From NCBI GenBank assembly GCA_014155705.1, contig JAAEKA010000038.1, positions 1 to 48,708 of the forward strand: a DNA stretch of 48,708 nt, written 5' to 3'. This DNA is from Anaerolineae bacterium clx_CAG2 (GTDB lineage Bacteria; Chloroflexota; Anaerolineae; JAAEKA01). Under the pieces are notes generated by a model. The model was not told where the DNA came from. It worked only from the letters and a program-made list of their open reading frames with translations, and made no database searches. This document shows, one piece after another, positions 1 to 7,651 of this stretch (the first letter of the stretch is position 1; every line of letters begins with the position of its first letter). Made by a program: the position numbers and the translations under genes.

Positions 1-1561
1 GGCTCGTCTCCTGGCCAAAGGCGTTGGTGATCGCGTCCCAGGTCCGATCGATAGCCACAGCGGCTAACCCCATGGCCGGGGCCAGCGCGAAGACCAGCCG
101 CGGCCAGAAGGGGGGATTGTCGGTCAGAATACTGCCTACCAGGATCACTGTCAGCAGGGCGACGGCCAGCAGCCCTGTGGTCCAACGGCGCGGGTGGGCC
201 AGCGCGTAGGCTGCGCCCAGCATTACCAGCGGTCCGGTGACCGAGTCGACTAGCGGCCGGGGGAAGCCGAACTGAGTGCTGCTGTCGATGGAGAGGTTGA
301 ACATCAGCAGGCTGCGCCGCGCCTGCTCCCCGATGATCTGGCCCACTGTTGCGACGCCATATTTATAGCGGGAGTGTTCAAGCACCGGTGGGTTGAAGAC
401 CCACACCTCGCGCGAACGCTGCAGCCAGCCGGCCGGTTCCAGCAGAAAAAAGGGCAGCATCGGTCCCATGCCCATCACCGCGCCCATCCCCAGCCAGAGC
501 AGCCCACGGCGATTGGCCCACAGCAGGGGACGATCGACCAGCAGCAGGTAAAGCAGAAACAGCGCCATGACCACCAGGATGACGCGGCCGGAGTAGTACA
601 TCAGGCTGGCGCCGGCCAGCAGCAGCCCGCTGAGCACAAAGGGCAGACTCTGCTGGCGGCGCAGCCCCAGCGTCATCAAGGCCAGCGACCAGATTGCGAA
701 GGGCACGGGGTCCATATACTCGGCGATGCGGCTGAAGTGGATGTGGGTGTAAGAGATAGCCAGCAGGGCTGCGCCGATGAGCGCGACGCGGCGGCCCTGT
801 AACTCGTGCAGCCAGACGTACAGCCCCCAGACGCTGAGCACGCCCCCCAACGCGGACGCCAGGCTCAACCCGAACACACCTGTGTCGCCTGACAGCCGCA
901 TCATGACCGCAGCCGGCAGGAAGCCCAGCATGGGGATGTCGGCCCAACCCAACGCCACGACGCCATCGACGCGGCCGGCGAGCAGTTCCAGCGCCTGCAA
1001 GCCGTGGGAGGCCATGTCGCCGTGTAGATCCTGGGGCAGCTCGGCCAGCTTATACAGGCGCAGGAAGGCCGCAACCAGCAAGAGCAACGCAGGCAGGCCA
1101 TAGCTGCGCCAATCCTGCCGCCAACGCGCCGGCGCAGCCCGCCAACGGATCCACGGCGTCTGGGACGCGGCCAGCAGGACAATGCCCCCCAGCCACAATC
1201 CGCGCACCAACGCCGTCTCGCCGTTAAGCAGGTATAGCCCCGCGCTGGCGCCGTAACTCAACAGAGCCAGCACGAACAGCGGCCGGGCCAGATGTGTGGG
1301 ATGGTCGAGGAAGCCGGCGCGCGGCTGGGCCCTGGACTGGTCAGTCAGGTCTGAAGCCGCCGTAGGCGCGGCCAGGGCAAACAGCAGCGCGCCGGCCAGT
1401 AGCAGGCCGATGGCCAGGGTGGGCTGTCCGTAAAGCGACATGGGCAGCACGGCCAGCAGCGGGCTGTAAAAGTCAGGCTGATCGAGCAGATACTGCGCCG
1501 CATAGGCCAGGGCCAGGGCCAGCAGTACGCCGAAAAAACGGGGAAGATGTCTGGAGTGCAT
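1..1561 (-). CDS. GT-C fold membrane glycosyltransferase (family 39 / ArnT-PMT-like), C-terminal part cut by window edge
   Basis: Absent from the ORF track because no stop lies in the window. My own translation from ATG 1561-1559 (MHSRHLPRFFGVLLALALAYAAQYLLDQPDFYSP...) stays open to position 1. It has many hydrophobic helices and an LRLYKLAELPQDLHGD loop typical of lipid-linked-sugar transferases. Confidence 0.6.
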   Translation of the reverse strand, partial: MHSRHLPRFFGVLLALALAYAAQYLLDQPDFYSPLLAVLPMSLYGQPTLAIGLLLAGALLFALAAPTAASDLTDQSRAQPRAGFLDHPTHLARPLFVLALLSYGASAGLYLLNGETALVRGLWLGGIVLLAASQTPWIRWRAAPARWRQDWRSYGLPALLLLVAAFLRLYKLAELPQDLHGDMASHGLQALELLAGRVDGVVALGWADIPMLGFLPAAVMMRLSGDTGVFGLSLASALGGVLSVWGLYVWLHELQGRRVALIGAALLAISYTHIHFSRIAEYMDPVPFAIWSLALMTLGLRRQQSLPFVLSGLLLAGASLMYYSGRVILVVMALFLLYLLLVDRPLLWANRRGLLWLGMGAVMGMGPMLPFFLLEPAGWLQRSREVWVFNPPVLEHSRYKYGVATVGQIIGEQARRSLLMFNLSIDSSTQFGFPRPLVDSVTGPLVMLGAAYALAHPRRWTTGLLAVALLTVILVGSILTDNPPFWPRLVFALAPAMGLAAVAIDRTWDAITNAFGQETS

Positions 1562-1639
1562 GGATCATATGATAGCCATGTCGCGCCCAAGGGCCAAACC
1601 CGCTCAGCCAGTCGTCAGCTTGCAAAAGCATGCCGCAGC

Positions 1640-1668
1640 TTGCTCACTGAATCATCCTGTGCTATACT
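1640..1668 (+). promoter_or_regulatory. sigma70-like promoter for tRNA-Lys (TTGCTC-17-TATACT, preceded by GTGC)
   Basis: -35 at 1640-1645 and -10 at 1663-1668 with a 17-nt spacer. The tRNA starts about 10 nt after the -10. Confidence 0.45.
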
Positions 1669-1677
1669 CCTCCCCGC

Positions 1678-1749
1678 GGGCCGCTAGCTCAATGGTAGAG
1701 CAAGGGACTTTTAATCCCTAGGTTCAGAGTTCGAGCCTCTGGCGGCTCA
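1678..1749 (+). tRNA. tRNA-Lys (anticodon UUU), CCA not encoded
   Basis: Hand-folded cloverleaf: acceptor GGGCCGC/GCGGCUC, D stem GCUC/GAGC, anticodon stem AGGGA/UCCCU with loop CUUUUAA, T stem CAGAG/CUCUG with loop UUCGAGC, discriminator A. Length 72 nt. Confidence 0.9.
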
Positions 1750-1757
1750 TAGAGAAG

Positions 1758-1785
1758 GGCCGAGACGTTTTGTCTCGGCCTTTTT
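1758..1785 (+). terminator. intrinsic terminator after tRNA-Lys
   Basis: GGCCGAGAC-GTTTT-GTCTCGGCC followed by TTTTT. Confidence 0.7.
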
Positions 1786-1816
1786 CTATGAGCCGCCTGT
1801 TCACTTATTTCTCTGT

Positions 1817-2575
1817 CTACCCCGCCTGTTGCCCGTTGCGATACACGCCGGCCCGCAGGTTGCGCCGTACTTGCAGCACCTCGCGCACCATGCGGATGGT
1901 GTCGTGGACGGGCCGCACGCGGCTGTCGGCGTCGAAGTACCAGTTGATGGGCACCTCGACCACGGTGTAGCCGCGGTCCAGGGCGATGGCGACCGCCTCC
2001 ACGTCGAAGCCTAAACCGTCCATGGACTGAAGGCGGAAGACGTCGTCGGCTGTCTGGCCTTCGAAGCACTTGAACCCACACTGTGTGTCCTGGAACTGAG
2101 GAATCGCTAGCAGGCGTACGATCAGGTTGAAGATGCGCCCCATGAAATGGCGATAGAAGGGCTCGTTGAAACGACGCGCACCGGGAGCCTCGCGCGAGGC
2201 CATGGCTACGTGATAGTTGTCGAGCGCTGGGGGCAGGAACTTGGTTACTTCCTCGATGGGCATGGACAGGTCGGCGTCGCACATGAAGCGGTATTTGCCA
2301 ACAGCCGTCAGCATGCCGACGCGCACGGCCGCGCCCTTGCCTTTGGCGCTATGCAGAACGTGTACGTAGGGATGATTACTGGCGAAGGCCTCGGCCACGG
2401 CCGTGGTCTGGTCTGTGCTGCCGTTTTCGACCACTACCACCTCAGCCGCGTAGGGCTGGGTCGAGAGGAAGCGATCGATGGCCTGCAGGGAGCGCGGCAG
2501 GCGATGCTCTTCGTTGTAGGCAGGGATGATGATTGAGAGCAACAAGGGGGTTGACGGTTTTTGGCTTGATGTCAT
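1817..2575 (-). CDS. GT2 polyprenyl/dolichyl-phosphate beta-hexosyltransferase-like glycosyltransferase
   Basis: 252-aa ORF with SIIIPAYNEE, ENGSTD and CDADLSMP (DxD) motifs of GT-A family 2 enzymes of the DPM1/Alg5/GtrB type. Confidence 0.85.
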   Translation of the reverse strand: MTSSQKPSTPLLLSIIIPAYNEEHRLPRSLQAIDRFLSTQPYAAEVVVVENGSTDQTTAVAEAFASNHPYVHVLHSAKGKGAAVRVGMLTAVGKYRFMCDADLSMPIEEVTKFLPPALDNYHVAMASREAPGARRFNEPFYRHFMGRIFNLIVRLLAIPQFQDTQCGFKCFEGQTADDVFRLQSMDGLGFDVEAVAIALDRGYTVVEVPINWYFDADSRVRPVHDTIRMVREVLQVRRNLRAGVYRNGQQAG

Positions 2576-2586
2576 TGAATACGGCC

Positions 2587-3462
2587 CTAGACGAAAATCA
2601 GCAAACCCAGGCTGCCGGCAAGCAACCCGCCGACCAGAGATGACACGAAGTTGACCATGTCGTTGTTCATCCAGCCCCAGCCGCGCAGGGGACGGGTACG
2701 GGCGCCGCAGCTATGCACCGGGCGCTCGGTCTCTTTTTCACAGTGGTCGCACCAGTAGATGCGCTGTAAGGTGGCGCCCAGCAGGCTGTCGAAGAGTGAT
2801 CCTACCAGACCAGCCGCGGCCGCGATGACGACGATGGGCAGGTCGGCCAGCAGCAGTTGGCCTTTGGTAGCCAGCGAGGCGAACTGGATCAGCACGAAGG
2901 CCGCCACGCCAATAAATGCGGCGCCGGTCAGCGCGGCCAGCGTGCCGTAGCGGGTGATTCCACCTGATGTACCGGGGGCTACGGGCCGGCCGGTGGTGAT
3001 CAAGCGCGGCGTCTCTCTGGCCAGCACGCCCAGTTCGGTGGCCCAAGTGTCGGCGTTGACGGAAGCCATGACGCCGAAAAAGGCCAGGGTCAGATAGATA
3101 TAGAGGGGGGCGCCGGCCCGCGCCTGGCCTTGCAGATCGAGGAGGAAGTAGACGGCCAGCGCCAGCAGCGCGCCGGCGCCGCCGTTGGCCAGGACCTGAC
3201 CCAGATCGCGGCGCTCCCCTTTGGCGAACTTTTCGGCCAGAGCGACCTTGTCACCCTGGCGATAATGGCTTAGCAGGCTGGAACTGACGAAAAACGAGAT
3301 CAGCACCAAACCCCAGGTCCAGCCGCCAAAGCCGAAGATCAGGGTGCCGACGAGGATTGCGCCGGCCACGCCGCTGGGGGCCAGTGAGTTGCGCCGATAG
3401 GCCAGCAGGCCGATGGCGGCGCTGAGCAACAGTCCAATCGCAAGGCGGGATAACAGTTCCAT
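2587..3462 (-). CDS. DUF92/TMEM19-family integral membrane protein (polyprenol-phosphate kinase-like family)
   Basis: The track ORF runs to 3654, but homology-like sequence starts at MELLSRLAIGLL (ATG 3462), 2 nt after the upstream stop. Polytopic, with the GGWTWGLVLISFF..SS..S and GERRDLGQVLANGG blocks typical of DUF92. Confidence 0.75.
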   Translation of the reverse strand: MELLSRLAIGLLLSAAIGLLAYRRNSLAPSGVAGAILVGTLIFGFGGWTWGLVLISFFVSSSLLSHYRQGDKVALAEKFAKGERRDLGQVLANGGAGALLALAVYFLLDLQGQARAGAPLYIYLTLAFFGVMASVNADTWATELGVLARETPRLITTGRPVAPGTSGGITRYGTLAALTGAAFIGVAAFVLIQFASLATKGQLLLADLPIVVIAAAAGLVGSLFDSLLGATLQRIYWCDHCEKETERPVHSCGARTRPLRGWGWMNNDMVNFVSSLVGGLLAGSLGLLIFV

Positions 3463-3464
3463 GC

Positions 3465-4409
3465 TCAAACCCTGGTTACCGACAAAAGCGCAATCAAGGC
3501 CGCAGCTTGGGCCGCCAGCGCGCCGCTCCACAGCAGTCCGGCTGCCACGCGTTGGCGTTCGTACACCAGCAGGCCCCACACGCCGTTGATCAACCAGACC
3601 GCCAGGCCGAAGACTGGGAAAAGGAAGATCATGCGGCGGTCCAGATTGTCCCACTGCGGCAAGGCGAAAGGCAGCGAAGTGAAGCGGCTCATGGCGATGC
3701 CCAGCAGCAGCAGCGTGCCTATGAAGCCGGCGAGCAACAGGATCAGCAGGAATCTGTCCTGCCAGAGCGGAAAGCGCATCCAGCGCGGCCAGTGGCGCTG
3801 GTGGGCTACCAGGTGGGTGGGGCCAAGCTGATTCTGCTGCTGCAGCGCGGCCAGGAAACCATCGGCGTTGGCCGGAGAGATGCCGTAGGCGCGCCCACCG
3901 GCGTGCAGCAGCAACTGGTCGGGCAGCGGCTGCGTGGCCACGCTGTAGACAGTGACGTCTTGCAAGCGACGACGAACCCCCAGATCAGGGCCGTACAATA
4001 CGACAGGCGCTAGCCTTGGCCAGCGCCGGGCAATGGCCAAGGCTAACTGGTCCACCTGTCCGTTGGGACCTGAAGCCAACGGCGCGTCTGGCAGCATCGC
4101 TGCCACTGCCTGGCCGCGCTGTATCTGCTGCACGTCGCCGATCGGAATCACCTGGCGGATCGGCCCCCAGGCCAGGGTAAGGGCGTTGCGATCGATCCAG
4201 TAGGCGAGGCTGAGGCAGAGCCAGGCCCGCCACAGGACGTAGCCAAGAGGCAGCCACAGCGCCATCACCACCAGCAGCAGCAAGAAAGTCGATGCACCCA
4301 CCGGCCGCGCGGCCATCAGGATCGCCACGGCAAGGTCGAGGACGATCAGCAGAAGCCCGGCCAGCAGCGCACGCCGGCCGTCGGTGGATGATGTGGGTGT
4401 GAAGATCAT
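3465..4409 (-). CDS. hypothetical polytopic membrane protein (start ambiguous: ATG 4409 or 4475)
   Basis: 336-aa track ORF. Two N-terminal and three C-terminal hydrophobic helices flank a soluble middle region. Its stop abuts the DUF92 start. I prefer 4409 because 4418-4498 forms a long inverted repeat. Confidence 0.5.
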   Translation of the reverse strand: MIFTPTSSTDGRRALLAGLLLIVLDLAVAILMAARPVGASTFLLLLVVMALWLPLGYVLWRAWLCLSLAYWIDRNALTLAWGPIRQVIPIGDVQQIQRGQAVAAMLPDAPLASGPNGQVDQLALAIARRWPRLAPVVLYGPDLGVRRRLQDVTVYSVATQPLPDQLLLHAGGRAYGISPANADGFLAALQQQNQLGPTHLVAHQRHWPRWMRFPLWQDRFLLILLLAGFIGTLLLLGIAMSRFTSLPFALPQWDNLDRRMIFLFPVFGLAVWLINGVWGLLVYERQRVAAGLLWSGALAAQAAALIALLSVTRV

Positions 4410-4417
4410 GCGTGAGG

Positions 4418-4498
4418 GATAACTTGTAACTCGTAACCCAGAAACGCAACTCGATGTGGCACACGCCGTCGCCATTCCGGTTACGTGTTACGTGTTAC
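4418..4498. repeat. inverted pair of heptanucleotide arrays (GTAAC-NN x3 versus GGTTACG/TGTTACG x3) around a 40-nt spacer
   Basis: GATAACTTGTAACTCGTAACCC (4418-4439) and GGTTACGTGTTACGTGTTAC (4479-4498) give 17 of 20 possible pairs. Confidence 0.6.
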
Positions 4499-4525
4499 GC
4501 ATTATGATAGGCGGCTGATGCTGCC

Positions 4526-5446
4526 CTAAACGAACACCGGCGTATTCCACGACCGATACTTCGCCACATTGCCGCGTACCACGTCGAAGTAGAGGTCGCG
4601 GATGGCGGACGTGGTCGGTCCCATGACGCCCGCGCCTACTGGCCTGTGATCGACTGCGGTGATGGACGCGACCTGCACGCCCGTGCCGCAGAAGAAAAGC
4701 TCGTCGCAGACGTAAAGCTCTGTGCGGTCGATTTCGCGCTCCTCGGTCGCGATGCCCAGCTCGGCCGCGGCCAGCTCCATGACCGTGCGGCGGGTGATGC
4801 CCTCCAGGATGTTGGAGGACACCGGCGGCGTGACCAGTTTGCCGTCGCGCACCATAAAAATGTTGGCAGCGCTGCCTTCCGAGGCGTGGCCGTGCTCGTC
4901 CAGCACAATGGCCTCGTCGTAGCCATCCATCAGCGCCTCGGATTTGACCAGGCTGGAGTTGACATAGGCGCCAGCGATTTTGCCGCGGGCCGGGATGGCG
5001 TTGTCGTCGACGCGCCGCCAGGAGGAGATGCGCACCGAAGCGCCTTCCTCGTTGGCCACGTAACGGCCAAAGGGGGTGGCGAAGATCGTGACCTCGTCGG
5101 TCATGCCGTGCAGCAGGACGCCGATCTTGTGATCCGCCTTGTAAGCCAGCGGCCGCACGTACATGTCGTTGCGCTGCCCCTCACAGCGCAACAGCTCCAC
5201 AACCACGTCGCGCAGTTGTTGTGCGCTGTAGGGCACCTGCATCAACAGCAGGCTGGCCGAGCTGAGGAAACGCTTGATGTGGTCCTCGAGCCGGAAGACG
5301 TAGAGTTGTTCGGCCGGCTCGTTCCAATAGGCGCGGATGCCGCCGAAGCAGGCCGTGCCATAGTGCAGTGCGTGGGTCATCACGCTGACCTTGGCTTGCT
5401 CAATAGGGACGATCTGGCCCTGGAAGAAGGCATAGTTGGTTTGCAT
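4526..5446 (-). CDS. ilvE: branched-chain amino acid aminotransferase (fold type IV)
   Basis: 306-aa ORF with full-length resemblance to IlvE (HALHYGTACFGGIRAY, SAANIFMV, EGITRRTV). Confidence 0.9.
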   Translation of the reverse strand: MQTNYAFFQGQIVPIEQAKVSVMTHALHYGTACFGGIRAYWNEPAEQLYVFRLEDHIKRFLSSASLLLMQVPYSAQQLRDVVVELLRCEGQRNDMYVRPLAYKADHKIGVLLHGMTDEVTIFATPFGRYVANEEGASVRISSWRRVDDNAIPARGKIAGAYVNSSLVKSEALMDGYDEAIVLDEHGHASEGSAANIFMVRDGKLVTPPVSSNILEGITRRTVMELAAAELGIATEEREIDRTELYVCDELFFCGTGVQVASITAVDHRPVGAGVMGPTTSAIRDLYFDVVRGNVAKYRSWNTPVFV

Positions 5447-5456
5447 GGTGGTACCT

Positions 5457-5498
5457 GAAGAATGGTTAATGGTGAATGGTTAACGGTTAACTCTCAAT
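5457..5498. repeat. six tandem heptamers NNNNAAY (GAAGAAT GGTTAAT GGTGAAT GGTTAAC GGTTAAC TCTCAAT)
   Basis: Read directly in the surE-ilvE spacer. It is an AT-rich island in a GC-rich context. Confidence 0.6.
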
Positions 5499-5527
5499 TG
5501 CGGAGACAATCTGCCACTTGCAACCTG

Positions 5528-6289
5528 CTACCCTGCCATCCACGCGTGCAGTTGGTCCATGAAACCATAGGCGGTCATGTCCATGCTGAGGGGAGTGATG
5601 GAGATATAGCCGTTGGCGACGGCCCCGATGTCGGTGCCGTCTTCGACGATGCCGCTCGGCGGCTCGCCGCCGATCCAGTAATAGGGCTGGCCCTTGGGGT
5701 CGATGCGCTCGACCAATACGTCGCGGTAGACCCGTTGGCCCAGGCGGGTGATCACCACACCCAATACGTCGTCGCTGGGGATGGGCGGCGCGTTGACGTT
5801 GAACAGCAGGTTGGGCGGCAGACCGTTGGCCAGGATCAGGCGGGCCAGGCGGGTCACCACCTGGGTGACGGCACGGAAATCGGACCACTCGCGCGCATCC
5901 AGTGAAACTGCGATGGCCGGCACTCCGCCCACCACTGCCTCCATCGCGCCGGCCACCGTGCCGCTGTAGGTGATATCGTGGCCCAGGTTGCCGCCTTGGT
6001 TGATGCCCGAAACCACCAGGTCGGGCAGATGCGGGATCGCGCCCAGCAACGCCAAGCCGACGCAGTCCGAGGGCGCGCCGTTGGTTGTGTAGGCCGGCGA
6101 GCCGTCGGCCAGCGTGACCTGGTTGATGCGCAGCGGCTTGTGCATGGTCTTGCTGTGGCCGGCTGCGCTCCAGTTGCGGTCAGGCGCGAAGACCGTTACT
6201 TGGCCGACCGAGTCCAGCGCTTGTTTCAGCGCCAGCAGGCCGGGGGAGTGGACGCCGTCGTCGTTGGTGATCAGGATATGTGCAGGCAT
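5528..6289 (-). CDS. surE: 5'/3'-nucleotidase SurE
   Basis: The track ORF is extended to 6676, but SurE homology begins at MPAHILITNDDGVHSPGL (ATG 6289). SGINQGGNLG motif present. Confidence 0.9.
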   Translation of the reverse strand: MPAHILITNDDGVHSPGLLALKQALDSVGQVTVFAPDRNWSAAGHSKTMHKPLRINQVTLADGSPAYTTNGAPSDCVGLALLGAIPHLPDLVVSGINQGGNLGHDITYSGTVAGAMEAVVGGVPAIAVSLDAREWSDFRAVTQVVTRLARLILANGLPPNLLFNVNAPPIPSDDVLGVVITRLGQRVYRDVLVERIDPKGQPYYWIGGEPPSGIVEDGTDIGAVANGYISITPLSMDMTAYGFMDQLHAWMAG

Positions 6290-6467
6290 CGCTTCAAACA
6301 AAGCAAAACCCCCAACGCCAGGGCTAGGTAACGGGAGAATGGGCGAACAAACCTGGCGCCCGGGGTCGGTCGATGGGGCCGTCATCGCAGGCATTGTAGC
6401 GCAGCGGGGACGATTCGGCAAAACAGAGGTCTTTGCTGCCGGATTGGCGCAGCACGCTCGATCCGGC

Positions 6468-7616
6468 TCACTGCTCAGCAGGCGGCCTCGTGGGCAGGGT
6501 GAACCAGAAGGCGCTGCCCTGGCCGGGGGTGCTCTGCACGCCAACCTGGCCGCCCAGGCGATCAATGATGCGCTGGACAATGGACAGGCCCAGCCCATGG
6601 GATCCACGCGAGCGGTCTTTGGAACTGAAGGGGGCGAAAAGGTGCGCCTGATCCTCCAGGGCGATCCCTGGCCCATTGTCCTGCACCCAAAAGCGCGCCC
6701 AGCCTTCGTTCAGCGCTTCTCCCCACACCTCGATCACTGGCGGCTGCGGTGGATCGGCCTGCGGGCGACCGCCATATTTGAGGGCATTGCTCAACAGGTT
6801 GACCCATACCTCTACCAGCCACTGAGGCTGGCCGAAGACCACAGGCCAGATATGGCCCGTGTGGACGATAGCTTCCTTCTCTTGGATCTGCAAGGCCAGC
6901 CGTGCCTCGACTTCACCCAACACGGTGCTCATCTCGATGGAAACCAGGTCAACCTGATCCCGCCGGGCGCTGGCCAGCAACAAAAGGCCATTGATAGTGT
7001 CAGCCATACGCCGGATGTAGTGGTTGATTTCTTCGGCATAGGAGACAGCCTCCTTATCGCCTTGCACGGCTGGCGACCAGGTGAGCAGCGTGGCATAATT
7101 GGCGATGTTCTGGAGCGGACTCTTGAGATCATGAGCTACGGTGTGGGCGAATGCGTCCAACTCGGCGATCAGCCGGTCCTGCGTCGCGATCTCCTGCTGC
7201 AGGGCCTGGCGCAGCCGATGTAGCGTCAGATGCGCCTGCACACGGGCCAGCACTTCGTCATCCTGAAAGGGCTTGGTGATGTAGTCGACTCCACCCACCT
7301 CAAAGCCAATCATGATATCCTGCATCTGATTGAGCGCGCTGATGAAAAGGATTGGAATATTCTGGGTGAGCGGATCAGCCTTGAGCCGCCGGCAGACTTC
7401 GTAGCCGTCCATGCCGGGCATGCGCACATCCAGCAACACCAGGTCTGGCGGCATAGCAAAGACAGCATCCAAGGCCCGTTCGCCGCTGGTAACAGCGCGC
7501 ACCTCGTAGCCATGACGACTCAAAACCTTGCTCAACAGCTTCAGGTTGTCGACGACGTCATCCACAACCAGGATGTCACCGCTTGCATCATCCCATGGAG
7601 ACATGCTTTTCCTCAT
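6468..7616 (-). CDS. hybrid response regulator-histidine kinase (N-terminal receiver, HisKA, HATPase)
   Basis: ILVVDDVVDNLKLL...LLDVRMPGMDGYEV...KPF receiver, then H-box FAHTVAHDLKSPL, then NLLSNALKY, DNGPGI and GLGLSIV. Confidence 0.85.
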   Translation of the reverse strand: MRKSMSPWDDASGDILVVDDVVDNLKLLSKVLSRHGYEVRAVTSGERALDAVFAMPPDLVLLDVRMPGMDGYEVCRRLKADPLTQNIPILFISALNQMQDIMIGFEVGGVDYITKPFQDDEVLARVQAHLTLHRLRQALQQEIATQDRLIAELDAFAHTVAHDLKSPLQNIANYATLLTWSPAVQGDKEAVSYAEEINHYIRRMADTINGLLLLASARRDQVDLVSIEMSTVLGEVEARLALQIQEKEAIVHTGHIWPVVFGQPQWLVEVWVNLLSNALKYGGRPQADPPQPPVIEVWGEALNEGWARFWVQDNGPGIALEDQAHLFAPFSSKDRSRGSHGLGLSIVQRIIDRLGGQVGVQSTPGQGSAFWFTLPTRPPAEQ

Positions 7617-7651
7617 CTTGCGTACAGCGGCCCAGGACGCCTGGTCTGTAC

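Noticed and set aside
5462-5905. ORF 5462-5905 (MVNGEWLTVNSQL...) starting in the heptamer array, and ORFs 12759-12953 and 12787-13014 (MVNCQRPMINGQW, MVNGSRRP) starting in the intragenic array.
   Set aside because: ATGG within GGTNAAT-type repeats creates spurious starts. The downstream parts are antisense or out of frame relative to surE and the PEP-utilising gene, and are compositionally non-coding.
6290-6676. N-terminal extensions of track ORFs: surE to 6676, DUF92 to 3654, trmI to 41537, recA from 41622, proline dehydrogenase to 21853.
   Set aside because: The extensions are Arg/Pro/Ala-rich and overlap neighbouring genes or promoters. Family homology begins at internal ATGs that have SD sequences or tight coupling to the upstream stop.
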